A stretch of DNA of 64,000 nt from Raja brachyura (lineage: Eukaryota). Below, piece after piece: positions 34,801 to 48,402 of this stretch. Every line of letters begins with the position of its first letter. Position 1 is the first letter of the stretch. The stretch is from NCBI GenBank assembly GCA_963514005.1, contig OY740812.1, positions 5,580,001 through 5,644,000 on the forward strand, given 5' to 3'. Under the pieces are notes generated by a model. That model saw only the letters and a list, made by a program, of their open reading frames with translations. It searched no databases and was not told where the DNA came from. A program made the translations under genes and the position numbers.

Positions 34801-35312
34801 AATCAGGAAGCATAAAACGGAATGGAAATCGTGATAATTCTGTTTCATAACCCCAAATAAACCTTAATCTAAATGAATGAATAATCTAAATGAATGAATA
34901 AGCTTAGAGAGTTCAATGGCCCACTCTTATTACTAAAAGGCTGCAGCAGCAGGCACTCAGCTCTCTCTGTCTCTTCCAATAATGTCACCATGTTCACAAT
35001 TCTAGATGTTATTTGTCCAGGAAGCCTCAACGATCAGAACTTGGATTTCAGTTGCAGGAAACTCAATGCTGTGTTTACAAGGCCTATCACATGAGTGCAA
35101 CATACTTGCACCAAAATACGCGAATCCATGTTTTGAGCAAGAAAAGTGGGAGCGCCTTCAACAAAACTAAAACACCAGCCAGAACCAATCAGTATATTAT
35201 CCCTTGACATTCTTAGCATTGCTCGTTTTTTGTCCATTTAAAAGAATTTAAAATAATTCAGGAAGGATGGTCCTTTATCAACACAAGTAATAGTTTTAAT
35301 GTACAAGTTTAC

Positions 35313-35407
35313 CTTAAAGAGTTGTCTCCCACTCCAAGGCATCCTCTCAGACTAAGTTTTCGTAAAAAACCACCGCATCTTTTAGAAATATTCTCTACTA
35401 CTCGGCC
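35313..35407 (-). CDS. FBXL20: FBXL20 exon 5, 95 bp
   Basis: cag|GGC CGA...TTA AG|gtaaac translates GRVVENISKRCGGFLRKLSLRGCLGVGDNSL(R). Confidence 0.96.
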
Positions 35408-36389
35408 CTGTGTCCAAGAAAATAAACAATTACAAATTCAGGAATTTGACACGATATAGAAGACATTTTCACAATGAAGATCATGAATTCAATAGTTTTC
35501 ATAACCCGAATTAGAAAATTAACATTTCTCCTTTCAAAATCTGATAGAAACAGTCAATATTTTAAATTAAAACCTCATTCCATAATAAGATGAAGACAAA
35601 TGTACAAACTACAAAATTGAGAATTTGCTGTACAGGTCAGAAAGTTAAAATGACAAGTTAACAATTTGGAGCAGATCGTTGATTTCCTGAATTCTGTGAA
35701 AAAAACACTTTAGTAGACAAAAGTTGACGACAAATATTGTTTTTAAACTGTAAAATTATTGTCATAATAAAATCTCCCCACTTTGACGTTAAAAGGCTCT
35801 TGTCCAAGTTCCCACATGAACTTGGCATTGAAGACCTATCAGAATGTCGCATTTCCACATAACTAACAAATATACATCTGTATTTTTACACCAAACCACG
35901 CAAGCTATCCAATTTACCCCAACGTGTTTGTGCGGCAGATGAGAGCTAGAATCTGCATAATAAAAACAAAAAAATGTACAGTATGTTCTGGGACAATAAG
36001 ATTAGCTGCAGAAATATTTTATAATGAAAAGATTTGTTCAACAAAGGGTGTTCAGGTTACGAAAGTTTAAGTATCCAGTGGAATGACAGGTATGCTGTAT
36101 GACTGCCAATTTGAGCAGTATGGGCGGTTGAAAATGTCAGCGAGATGGGCAGAGTGTAAATTCCGAGCCGTCTAGACATAGTTGAAAACAGAAATATTTT
36201 GGAATTTCACAGAGGGCTCAAGAGCATTTCAGATTTCAGAACTAAATTGGCCAGGATAGGAAAGGGTCAGCAGGCCCTTCATAGGGTTCAGTAAAAGATA
36301 TGGAGATGTGTGGACCAAGTTGTTGACAATTTGTGCCACCTTTCCTCCTTCTACCTTAAATAAGGGTTATAGATTCTTCCATTAGATTC

Positions 36390-36700
36390 CAGAGCGCAAC
36401 AGATTATTGGGACACCGCTACCAGCCTTGGAGGGCATCTACCACACACAGTGCCTCAGGAAGGCCGTCAGCATTCATAAAGACTCCTCTCACCCTTGTAA
36501 TGGACTGTTCGAACTACTCCCTTCCGGCAGACGTTACAAGGCCTTCTAAACCCGCACTACCAGACTCTGGAACAGCTTCATTCCCAGAACTATAGTGGCT
36601 CTGAACCGGCCCTGCTGAGTGCCCCCCCCTGGACTGTCTCCCCCGGCCTCGCACTTTAGTCTGTGTTGATGTTACTGGTCAAATGTTCGTTTTTACAAAC
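36390..36700 (+). mobile_element. Rex1/Babar-like LINE C-terminal fragment
   Basis: One frame reads GTPLPALEGIYHTQCLRKAVSIHKDSSHPCNGLFELLPSGRRYKAF*TRTTRLWNSFIPRTIVALN. Confidence 0.75.
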
Positions 36701-37023
36701 CTTGTTCTTGGGGTTGCAAACCGAAATCTCGAAGTTGCAAACCAAATCTCATTGCACACATGTGTAATGACAATATATTATTATTATTATTATGAGATTT
36801 TCTTAAATTTTCAGTTCTGAAGAATTTACAATATACAAATAGTTTTAGCAGATGCAAAATCCAGACAATGATCGCACACGCAAATTGCACACAAAGCCAA
36901 TGTTCATTGCACATAGATCCACGGAACAAATATGATGTCTCGTGCAGAACATAATGGACCCAGTATAGAATGGGACAATTCACTAACTTCAAGCTTAAAA
37001 TGAATCTCTATGAAGTATAAGTA

Positions 37024-37364
37024 CAGTAAACCGTTGTTTTAATGGAACTCGATATAACGGATTTCTGTTACAGCGGACAGACCTTCCCACGGCTGCCCAA
37101 TCCACCCCAGCACCCACCGACACCCTGCCAACGCAACCCCTGTATTGCTGTATCGAATCTTTGGAGCTTACGACAAGTAAGGCTTTGTTTTAATGTTTTA
37201 GCTGAGAAAAGGAACCTCTGCCAGTGCAGTTCTTGCTCAGCCTAAATTTTATTGTAGGGTCTCTACATATGAAATGCCATCTATTACACTCAGTTATAGC
37301 GGACAATAGGCAATAACGGACATCATTCTTCTCCTCAATGGCGCATTATAACGAGAGTTTACTG
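37024..37364. mobile_element. Tc1/mariner (pogo/Tigger-like) MITE
   Basis: TA|CAGTAAACCGTTGTTTTAATG ... CATTATAACGAGAGTTTACTG|TA shows imperfect TIRs with a TA target duplication. Confidence 0.75.
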
Positions 37365-37678
37365 TATATGCAAAATCGTTAAATGCTCATGCCTTCATGC
37401 TGCTCTTATAATAAGGTGCCAGGTTTGTCTTAGCTCTAAGAAATTTTTTTTAAGTTCTAAATTAAGACTGAACACATTCATTCCTCCCTTTATGTCATTT
37501 CACAAGTAGTCTCTATTTCCAAAATATATATATATTTTTTGCATTCAGTGTACATCAGTAAGAGAACTCGAACACAGAACATCTAAATGGAGAGCGACTG
37601 CAAGTCAGTGAAGTGCGGGGGGGGGGGGGGGGGGGGGGAGATCTAGGTGTTTGGGTCCATGAACAAAAAAAATAAAAA

Positions 37679-37813
37679 GGGGGATTGCGACCTTCACGTG
37701 GTCCGCCCTGTTTCGACGAATGCAATAAACCTGGCTTGCACAATCAAATAAGATCAAATAGAACAAGTTGTCCTACAATATTAGGCTGTACATGCCATAC
37801 ACAAGAAGAAGAA
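37679..37813 (+). repeat. Unclassified ~130-bp interspersed element, copy 2
   Basis: Homologous to 14541-14672 and ends AAGAAGAAGAA. Confidence 0.75.
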
Positions 37814-39129
37814 CAATAAAACTAGCAGAAAAAGTCCAATAAATAGTTACGTTGGAAAAACTACATTTTGCTCTTCATTGCAAAGGAGTTGGGAAAATAG
37901 AGAGTTTCTCATTACATTTGTCCAGGGTATTGGTGGAGCCTCATCTGGACTCGAAAATAAGATGCAAGGCATTTAAAATGGAGGTGCATAAACATGTATT
38001 CTCACAGATTCAATGATACTTTATGGTATGACAAATAGATGGTGGAGAATATCCACAATCCTCTGCCCTGACGGGTGATGGAAGCTGGATCATTAAAAGT
38101 ATTTAAAGTGGAGGTGGATAATTATTTGAAAGATTGAGAAATAGAGATGGAAAGAGAAATGGCACAGAAGAGTTAAAGACAGCATAGGTCAACCATGATC
38201 ATATCAGCTGGCAGGACATGCTGAAAGGCTTGATGGCCTACCCCATTTCAATAGTCTTGAGTTCTTGTGCCCTGTGGAATCTATTGACAATGTGTGTCCA
38301 CTCCCCTACTTTTAATTCAACCCAATGCCACACTGCATGATGGTGAAATCACATTGATCATCTTGTTCCATATGTTCTGCCTCATCAATTGAATGTCCAG
38401 GGGAGCTTCACAGCATTGCTTGGGTCCTTTCTAGCAAGGCAAAATGTAGACAAATATTTGGTCCAGGTCCCATACCAAGAAGATAGTGCCTGATTGGCAT
38501 TAGCCAAGATCCAAGGGTTCTCAGAACCATGTGTGCATTTGGCTGATGTAGGGAAGATGGGAGAGCACCAGATGCTTGAAGTTTTTGTGTGGGCACATGT
38601 GCCAGAGGCTCTAGAGAAGAATTTATCAGATTTTTCTCACAGAACAAGAGAAAAATAAAATATATAATTGCTATTAGCAAGAGTCTGTGGAATTGATTTG
38701 GAGCTAGTGTCACTCACAGGGAATCAGTGTTTAGCAACAGAACAAAATGAGACCCGTGTCCTGTGTAGTGTACACAATATAGGGCATTTTTGAGCAACAC
38801 TCTAGGCATATACATATCGTAAGCCCTTGACAAAACTGCAAATAAATCAGTAGGTTGGAGTACATTTGCAGATGGTTACAGAATTTCACTTTTGCATTAT
38901 GCTGTCGGCAACATAAAACTATGAGAGTCAGAGAAAAAATTAAACACTCAACATCCCACCGAAATCTTATACCTGGCGATTCATTACTATAAGAGCTCCT
39001 AAAACTGCAAAAGTATATCTGAAATGAAACTATGTTTATATATTCTGTTGTGCTGCAGCAAGTAAATATTTAATTGATCTATCTGGGGCATAAAACAATA
39101 AAACATTTTTGACCCTTGACACCAGATCT

Positions 39130-39533
39130 AATCAAGAATTTGTCTATCACTGCCTTAAAAATATCCACTGATGGCCTCTGTGGCAATGAGTTCCACAGAT
39201 TAACTACCATCTGACCAAAGTAGTTCCTCCCCACCTCAGCTATTTAAAAGAGCGTCCTTTTAATTCTGAGGCTATAACCTCTGGCCCTGGACTCTCCCAC
39301 CAGTGGATACATCCTTTTCACGTTCACTCTATCTATGCCTTTCATTATTCTGTAAGTTTCAATGAGGTCCCCACCTCAACCTTCTAAACTCCAGCGAGTA
39401 CAGGCCCAGTACTGTCAAGTGCTCATCATTTGCTAACCTTCTCTTTCCTGGAATCATTCTTGTAAACCTCCTTGGGACCCTTCCTAGAGCCAGCACATCC
39501 TTCCTCAGATATGGGGCCCAAATTTGCTCACAG
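39130..39533 (-). mobile_element. CR1-like LINE fragment
   Basis: Reverse complement resembles 55250-55815 (GAGTTTAGAAGGTTGAGG..GGGACCTCATTGAAACTTACAGAATAATGAA). Confidence 0.8.
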
Positions 39534-40788
39534 TAGGATATGTTACCCTAGATATATCACAGAAGAATATTCCAACATAACTGATCAAGCAGAGAATGCA
39601 TGACACATTCATTCTGGCCAATGCAGTTATTTCCTTGTTGGCTCTAGTTAAGTATGCTTTTCTTTATTTGATATTACAAACTAAAGCTGTTAACTGGGTG
39701 GAGTTGGCAAAATGGGGAAGGTTGGGGAGAAAACAGCCAAGTACTTTTTTTTTTAAATGATAAGCATCACTTTGGAACAATACCCTTTTTGAGATTTACG
39801 GTTTTTGTTTAGTAATCTGCCTACTTACTATCACTTTCATCAGAATGAATTTGGTTTAAAGCATTTTTTTCCCTTAGATTTCTAAACAATGCATCAATTG
39901 ATGCAACCGAGCTCACATTAGTAAGAGTTATTATGGTGCCCAGCTGAGTTTCAATCACAAGTCTCCAATTGCATGCTTGAAAAATAGCTCAAAGGAATAG
40001 AACTTTAAATGGTACTATCAAGACAAAAGCATCAATTGGGCAACTGCAGTGTAAGCTCACTCCTTACACCAATATTCAACTACTGTCTGCCTAACTTAAC
40101 AAATCCGGGTTCATTCCTACAAGGTAACTTTGTGCATCAAAAATCCCACAACTATTGAACAGCATTTGTAGTAATTATTGGGACTGAAGTATATCTGTGG
40201 AGAAAATGACTACAATATTCCATAAACGAGCTAAATATCCAGTGCGGAAGAAGGAACTGCGAATGAGTGGTATTTTTATTGATAGAACTGGGTGGAAAAA
40301 TAACCCTCTGCTCTTCTGTTGGTGGTATGTTATGGTATCAGCCATCGGGAAGGGGCAGCAGTGCCTCAGAGCATTACTTCAATTTAAAAAAATCCTCTTC
40401 AAAATGCCTGCAGCAATAAAACATTGTCTCGAGACTGGGAGTGGTCCTTGAATGTACAGCCTCATGACTGTAAAAGGAGCATTATCAACCAAGTCAAACT
40501 AACAGAGTAAAGAAATAAATTGGGTTTCTTATTAATGGGGAGTAATAGACAATAGGTGCAGGAGTAGGCCATTTGAGTAATGCCTTTGTAAGTAGCAAAA
40601 TGCTGTTAAGATTTTATTTGATGGCTCAAATCGTGCAGGCTGTCCATCCCAGACCTTCATGATTATTCAAGAACATCGTAACTACAGCTTCCTGTGTAGT
40701 TGTAATCAATTTAAACAAAAGATCATTTCAATTAGTTTTGCGTTGCAAAATGTCGTTTCCATTCTCCAGGATGTCTTGTACATTGTAC

Positions 40789-40863
40789 CTCTATATCTCT
40801 TTGGAAGTCAAACAGGTCGATCCGTTGCCAGTTACTGCCATCCAGTGCCAGGACATTCCAGTA
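40789..40863 (-). CDS. FBXL20: FBXL20 exon 4, 75 bp
   Basis: tttcag|TAC TGG...ATA GAG|gtacaa translates YWNVLALDGSNWQRIDLFDFQRDIE, seen inside ORF 40732..40977. DFQRDIE fits FBXL20 rather than FBXL2. Confidence 0.96.
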
Positions 40864-41349
40864 CTGAAAACACAAAAATAATTCAGTTAATCTGAGAAAA
40901 TGTAAATAAGATGTAAATAAGGAGGGATGTGAATAACCAAAGTGTGAATAATATTCTCTTTTTGAGATTGTGTGCATAATAATAAATATAATTGCCTGAG
41001 AGTGTAGTGCAATAAGTTTTATCCAAACCAGTTGTAACTAAAGCTTCTACCAGGTTCAGTGGTCTGACAGAGTACTATGATCCCATAAAACTGTGGTCAT
41101 AAATTATAATCACTTGACAATTACAGACACCAAACCGTTTTTAGTAAATAATTTGGGAGTACGTTAATCCATTCAAATCATAATATCCCTGAAGATGTAC
41201 AATTATCGAGGAATACATACAAATCTGTTTTAAATGTTTGTCTGAATTGCTATTTCCCCTTCTACTCTCCTCATATGCCGTTTAGTAATGAGAATGTTGG
41301 TACATTGAGTACATTGAGTAGCATCTCAAAATCCAAAACGTAAAACGTC

Positions 41350-41640
41350 GCGTTGGAGCTACTGCCTTACAGCACCGGAGATCCGGGTTCAATCTTGACT
41401 ACAGGTGCTGTCTGTACGGAGTTTGTACAATCTAGCCATGACCTGTGCGGGTTTTCTCCGAAATCTGCCCACACTCGAGACGTACAGGTTTGCTGCCTAA
41501 TTGGCTTAGTGTAAATGTAAAATAAATTGCCCCTAGTGTGTGTTGGGTAATATTAATGTACGGAGATCGCTGGTCGGTGCGGACCCGGTGGGGTGAAAGG
41601 CTTGTTTCCGCGTTGTATCTCTAAACTAAACTAAATTAAA
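41350..41640 (+). mobile_element. V-SINE (HE1-like)
   Basis: GGGTTCAATC B-box, V-domain, and tail CTCTAAACTAAACTAAA. Confidence 0.85.
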
Positions 41641-42589
41641 CATGAAGGCAATCCTAAGCCTGATTCTTCTTCCTTTGCAGCAGGAGGAATTGCTTCAACT
41701 AAAACATGGGAACGTTTTTCTTCATTTAAGAAATAGGGTGTTGGATTATCAGCAACATTTTCGGCTGTTTTTTCTTTATTTCATCAGTATCTTCGCAGTA
41801 TATATGTCCATACTCTGGTCCCAATAAAATAGTATTGATGGACAATAAAACTTTACTCAAAATCACCTCCCGATTTCTTTTCATATAAGGCTGTAGTCCT
41901 ATTGATTAGTGATTGCGTTATCAATTGCAGCAATGCATTAATATTTCAGCCTGCATTAGATAATTAGCTACATATTGAGCTTTGCTGTAGCCTGCGTCAG
42001 TTTTGTTCCAATTTCCTACTATCTGGTAGCTCCACAGAGCTAAAGTCGATGAGTTATTAAGTAATAAATCAATCAAATCGCATTTCATTTGCAGTGAAAT
42101 ATCCTTCCCAAGGGGCCAAGTTTCAAAGTTGCTTTAATTCATTGGCTGGATGCTTGGAGCCTAGACCCGAACAGACTATATTGCATCTGTTTTGTTACAA
42201 AGGTGTCATATTAAACTTGAAAAAGAACTAACTAGGTCTCCAAGGAAGCTCAAGACATTATGAGTACGCCCTATGGGAACACAATTGCAGGAAACATCAC
42301 AGCAATGTGACAGTTCGCAACAACTAAAATGACACAGGTGGAGAAATGAATTTCCATACTTATTTCTAATGGCAAAATGCTGTGCTATAATTAAACAGTT
42401 GTGCCTGCTTACTTGCTTAAATCTTTACAAAATCAGTTGGGCCAACTCTTAATGCTGTTATTTGTCTGTCTCCTCACGATGAGAAAGGCAACAGCACTAG
42501 CGTTGAACATGTAGGCCCACTGTCTCTTCTCATGCCAAAGTCAAAGCTTTTATGATCTTGTTGTGCATGCTTGTACGAAATGCTACATT

Positions 42590-43035
42590 AGACAATAGAT
42601 AATAGCTGCAGGAGTAGCCCATTCGGCCCTTCGAGCCAGCTCCGCCATTCACTGTGATCATGGCTGATCATCCACAATCAGTACCCCGTTCTTGCCTTCT
42701 CCCCATATCCCTTGACTCCACTATCTTTAAGGGCTCCATCTTACTCTCTTGAAAGCATCCAGAGAATTGGCCTCCATTGCCTTCTGAGGCAGAGAATTCC
42801 ACAGATTCACAACTCTCTGGGTGAAGAAGTTTTTCCTCATCTCTGTTCTAAATGGCCTACCCCTTATTCTTAAACTGTGGCCCGAGTTCTGGATTCCCCC
42901 AACATCGGGAACATGTTTCCTGCCTCTAGTGTGTCCAATCCTTTAATAATCTTTTATGTTTCATTACGATCCCCTCTCATCCTTCTAAATTCCAGTGTAT
43001 ACAAGCCCAGCCGCTCTATTGTTTAAATATATGAC
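42590..43035 (-). mobile_element. CR1-like LINE 3' fragment
   Basis: Reverse complement of the CR1 ORF2 end and the GGCTCGAAGGGCCGAATGG tail. Confidence 0.88.
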
Positions 43036-44323
43036 AATTGAGCAACCTTTCTGAGAATCCTTTCTTACATTGAGCAACCTTTCGTTCCAGAATATACACA
43101 AGAACTCCTGCAGTGAGGTCCTAGAGCTGAGATATGCAGTTTTCAATAGACAAAAATGCAAGTTTTTTTAAAAATGTCAGATTTTTCCAATAATCACACA
43201 CAGTACTACTTATAAACATTGTCAATTGATACTAATTGATTCATCCTCTTAACTTTAAAAATTACCGGATTTCTCTCAAAAGTTAAATTATGAGCAATCT
43301 TTCAATAAACCTTCAGTACGTTTCTCCAAAGGGCAATTGACAATGAAGTCATTTGCCCAACTGAGCCACTCAAAAGGGCTCTACAGTTTCAATCTCTCAG
43401 ACGACAACTTAAATGTTTGCGAACGAATCCCCAAACAGATTCTAAATTGTTTTTTATTTGTTTAATGATTGTAGTTGCCCACGAGATGGAGGAGAAAAAT
43501 ACTTTAAACAAACACCCACAAGACTTCAAAATGTACAACTTAATCACCATGGAGAAGAAAAGCTTGGTGTTCAGTGTTTGCTGTTGCTCAGGCCATTGAA
43601 GGCGGTTATTGGTTTCACAGCACTTCACTGAACAACTTGTCCACTCATCGAGTATTCTTTGTGCGTTGGTAACAAGTAGCATTCAAAGTACTCTGGGTGT
43701 TTGACCAGACCATTACACAATCCCATCACCTCTCCTCGCCCTCCACCACCCATCACCTTCCCCACATCCCGAATGGGCAGGTTATAAACTTTGTTGGCGA
43801 ATCATGTGCATTTTGTTGTCCACTGTTCAGCAGTGAGAGAACATATGCAGACGACTCTTAGTTGAAAATCATTCTTTACAATTTTATCCCCAGCACTTTG
43901 GAAAATTTGTCACATCCATATTTGCCTTCAGTAATCCTAATCTGCATCCTCATGTATTTCATCCGACTCATCTGAACTGCGAGTTGCTTCCTCCAGAACA
44001 GATCCAGACGTTTTTTCTGGATTGGCATCACTTGTAAATTTGACCAGTTTTAAAGCTATTGAATCAGTTCATAAAATGTAACTGCATGGGGACCAAGACC
44101 AACTTTGAGGGATCCTTACATAGCACTTTAAAATAACACGTAACAAACACACGACAATTTGTACCCATCAGCTTTCTTTCAGAACCCATCATGTCTGTAC
44201 ATCCATTTTTCTCCAGGTATCATCTGCTTTATCTTATTCACCTAAACATCTGCGTTAAAGTCCATCTGAAATCTGCATACATTTGTGTTTGCCATATTAT
44301 TTGTCCCATCAGCAAACATTGGC

Positions 44324-44325
<2 letters not shown>

Positions 44326-44369
<44 letters not shown>
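44326..44369. repeat. G44 homopolymer
   Basis: Read directly. Other long G or C runs lie at about 4-26, 6657-6673, 37617-37638 and 59247-59264. Confidence 0.9.
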
Positions 44370-44370
<1 letters not shown>

Positions 44371-46132
44371 GTAGTCGGGTGAATCTGAATGGGTTCATTC
44401 GTAGTGACAAATTTCATTTGTAGTGACAATGCGTGAGATTAATTTGCAAAAAAAGTAGAAAAATAAAGATTAGAATTGACCACATTATAACCAGATACAG
44501 ATTTAGAAATCCAGGGCATGAGAGTTATGGGCAGAACGATCTTGCCTTCCCTTCTAGCATGTCCTATTTTTAGCTGGCTTTGTTCTTTTACATCCAGAAC
44601 AAGAGATCAGCATAAATTCAAAATCACAAAAATCTTTGCAAAGAGACACTGTTTTATTTAATGCCCCATGCGATAAACTGGGTTAGATGCAAAAAAAAAA
44701 AAAACTTCAGCAGATGCTTCACAATTTAATCAGTTTCTTCATGCGTACAAACCATCATTTGCTGATCCCCAAAGTGAAATTTGTCAAGTCATTCAAGAAC
44801 AAAAATCGACCACAACTTTCAATTAATAGTAAACAATAGAACAATAGCTTATTAACGGGGTCAGAGTGCAAAATTTTGTATCGTCTATCCACATCTCCAT
44901 TAAATTCTAAACAACATCCTTACCACCCTCTCCCACCCAACAGTCTTTTCACACCCCGACAAATATGGGGATAACTTTGTTTTGAGGGTAAAGGGAAAGG
45001 AAATTGGCTCATGATATCTAATCTTGGATCTCAGTTTAAAGTTATTGAGAAACCTTCTAAAAACTTACTTTAGATTTTGTTCCAAGAATTATATTTGAAG
45101 CTCTCATTTTTCTCGGAAGGTTATAACTATGGCACTTTGGAATGAAAAATATTTTCTTCCCCCAGAATCTTCACCAAAGCATCAAATATCTTGTTAAATT
45201 TAAACTCTCCACAATTCTAACCGCAGCTTTCTCAATGGTGTATGTAATTAAAATTATAAAAGCTTAAATATTTTGAAGATCCAACACTGCTTGAGCATTG
45301 TTAAAACAAGTTTAAATTACATTCATGATCTTAAACTTTTTTAGTTGACTAAAGGAGTTTATTTTCCATATTAACAAGATCACTACGACTTTGCTGATGT
45401 AGAGCTGATATAGAAGTTTGCCTCATATGGGGTCATGGTTTATTTAGCTCCATTGAATTGTGTTAAAATGCACTGTAGGGTTTCCCAAAGAGCCAGCAGA
45501 TAAATTATGCAGCTAAATTATTTTGAGCCAAACAATATGCGGTTTATTCTCTAAATTGCGTCAATCTACTGATTAGCTGAATCAATAATAGTTGGATTTA
45601 ACATCCCAGGACTGAGACGCAAAACTGGTTTTATACAAATTTAAATCTGGATATTTTTGTTGCTGGAAACCTACACACAAAGTAGTTGTGCACAATGATC
45701 ACACATTCCAGAGGCCACTAAAAACCCATGGATCAAAACCTGGCATTCCAACAGGGAAAAGTACAAACCCAAAGCAAGTCCATTGTAAAGTATCACACCA
45801 ACTAGGTTGTCCACGTAACATTAGCTCATCAACAGCATAGTTTGCATTCTTTTATAATGAATAAATCTTTGTATTTCCAGGTTTCAAGCTTTTGTTAGTG
45901 TGCTCCTCCCTAGTACTTCAACAATACATGCCCTTCTAAAATAGTCCTTAACTGACAATAACTCTTGCCAATTCTTCCCTCCCCGATACCGAATTAGTTG
46001 ATTCCACCGGAGGCAAAAACTAGGTCTGTATTAGTCTGAACTATCCAAAACTTGAATTAGCTTAGCCATTGTGGATAGCCTGGATCAGAGCTTTACAAAA
46101 AATGCTAGAAAGATACTTGAAAGAAGCCTTAC

Positions 46133-46187
46133 CCTAGAGACTTGAGCAGAGCGACACAAGGTGACTACATCCAGAAAGGAGAATATT
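46133..46187 (-). CDS. FBXL20: FBXL20 exon 3, 55 bp (F-box)
   Basis: cag|A ATA TTC...TCT AGG|gtaagg translates (R)IFSFLDVVTLCRSAQVSR. Phase is compatible with both neighbouring exons. Confidence 0.95.
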
Positions 46188-46847
46188 CTGTGGGAAGAGA
46201 CAACGATTGAAACAGAACTGAAAAATAAATAGGCATAAATACACCGGCAATTTCATATACGTGTTGGTGCACATATTGTAACTCCGACCATTAATAGTTT
46301 ACAAAATAGCTTTAAGTTGCGGTGAGATTTCCTAAGCTATAGAATCAGATCTCTGGATACATCACCACACAGGGTAAAATGGTAATCACAACTTTCCTTT
46401 CTGATTGAGGGATCTCAGATGCTCTAGTTTTAATCAGTGAACCCAGAGGAGTCATGAAATAAAGACAGGCATAATTGTCTTTGGTAATTACTTCACCTTG
46501 GCGCTCAAACTCTGCTGGCATTGTGCAGTAGAACCATATGAATATAAATGTTTGATTATTGGTGCAACAATTTCAGATCACCTGGTGGATCAGACAATAA
46601 ATACGATCAATATGTTTGAGAAAGATTAACATCTGGTTATATTCCAGATCACTGCAGTGTTTCAGACTATTACATTATAATGCATGTGGTACTGCCTTAA
46701 TTAACATGCAATGATGACCCACCCATTACATGGAATTAAACATAACATACAAAACAGAAATAGGCCATTTTCTGCAGAGTGTATGAGAAAATACACAAAT
46801 ATTTGAAAATACATGTAATTCTTACTTCCAGATTAGCAGTTCAAGCA

Positions 46848-47082
46848 GAACCTCGGAATTGTAAATGCTGGTTTACAAAAATAAAGGCACAAAGAGTTGG
46901 AGTAACTCAGTGGTTCAGGCAGCATCTCTGGAGAAAAACATATTTTGGGGCGGCACTCCTCTTCAGAGCTGAAGGACCTTAAGTGTGAAGAAGGGTATCG
47001 ACCCAAAACATTACCCATTCCTTCTTTCCAGAGATGCTGCATGTCCTGCTGAGTTACACCAGAATTTTGTGTTTATCTTCCC
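46848..47082. mobile_element. Fold-back Penelope-tail element, diverged
   Basis: A minus arm (to about 46966) faces a plus arm starting GTGAAGAAGGGTATCGACCCAAAACATT. Confidence 0.7.
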
Positions 47083-47351
47083 TGAAACTTACTGGCCTCA
47101 CTAGAAAAAATGTTGTTCTGCAAAATAACATCCTGAAAACAATGAATTAAAAGGTATTGGAGTATTAATAGAATATAGAACATCTGTTATTCTGTTATCT
47201 GATAGTCTGTAAAATCAATAGTCCAGCAGTAGTGAGTGTACAGAATAATGGTGTGTCACTGTACGTAGAGCAAGCTTAAGTGGCAAAACAGACAAAATTA
47301 AAAGGTAACATTGATGCACTCCTGGGATGCATCGATGCATCCCAGGAATCC

Positions 47352-47826
47352 CTGATTCCTGGGATGGCAGGACTTTCATATGAGGAAAGATTGGATAGAC
47401 TCGGCTTGTACTCGCTGGAATTTAGAAGATTGAGGGGGGATCTTATAGAAACTTACAAAATTCTTAAGGGGTTGGACAAGCTAGATGCTGGAAGATTGTT
47501 CCCGATGTTGGGGGAGTCCAGAACAAGGGGTCACAGTCTAAGGATAAGGTGGAATTCCTTTAGGACCGAAATGAGGAAAACATTCTTTACACAGAGAGTC
47601 GTGAGTCTCTGGAATTCTCTGCCACAGAAGGTAGTTGAGGCCAGTTCATTGGCTATATTTAAGAGGGCGTTAGATGTGGCACTTGTGGCTAAAGGGATCA
47701 GGGGGTATGGAGAGAAGGCAGGTACGGGATACTGAGTTGGATGATCAGCCATGATCACATTGAATGGCGGTGCAGGCTCGAAGGGCCGAATGGCCTACTC
47801 CTGCACCTATTTTCTATGTTTCTATG
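47352..47826 (+). mobile_element. Young CR1/HER1-like LINE 3' fragment
   Basis: Open frame [38 protein letters not shown]...GYGEKAGTGY* with a TTTCTATG tail. Confidence 0.95.
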
Positions 47827-48114
47827 AGAACAAATGATGTTTATCTTAATAACCAACTGCTCAACATGCTCTCCAAGACTGGAAATGTTAAGACAGTGAA
47901 AGGCTGCAGATCTAGAGATTAACAAAGTTCCACAAAAATTTAAAACAATGAAATTAAATGAAAGAAAATGAAAACAGCCACGCTATGTTGGATAAGCTGA
48001 ATTCTGTGCATAATGTGGGAAATCGGAGATTATCTACTGGAGTAAGAAAACAAAAGAGAATCAGCTTGCCCGAAGTGCAGCTTTCAGGAGCCCTTGTACA
48101 CGGAACACAAAGCA

Positions 48115-48402
48115 AGTAAGCAGAGCATGGAAACAGGCCCTTTGGGCCACGTAGTCCACGCCGACCTTCCATCACCCGTTCACACTAATTCTGTGCTATC
48201 CCACTTTCTCATCCATTCCCAACATAGTAGGGGCAAGTTTTACTTTCACCGTGGCCAATTAAACTATAAACCCACGTCTTTGGTATGTGGGAGGAAACCG
48301 GAGAACCTGGAAGAACCCTACATAGACAGCCAGCACCCGAGGTCAGGATCGATCCCGGGTCTCTGGCACTGCGAGGCAGCGTTTCTACCAGTTGCACCAT
48401 CC
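48115..48402 (-). mobile_element. V-SINE (HE1-like)
   Basis: Reverse complement head TGGTGCAACTGGTAGA...GGATCGATCC followed by the V-domain. Confidence 0.8.

Noticed and set aside
44191-44429. Poly-Gly and poly-Pro ORFs
   Set aside because: They are artefacts of the G44 homopolymer; the poly-Pro stretches in the ORFs at 6578 and 37555 arise the same way.
47280-47735. 151-aa ORF, and the 123-aa ORF at 54161, as host genes
   Set aside because: They are C-terminal fragments of CR1 ORF2, 5'-truncated and lacking the RT core.
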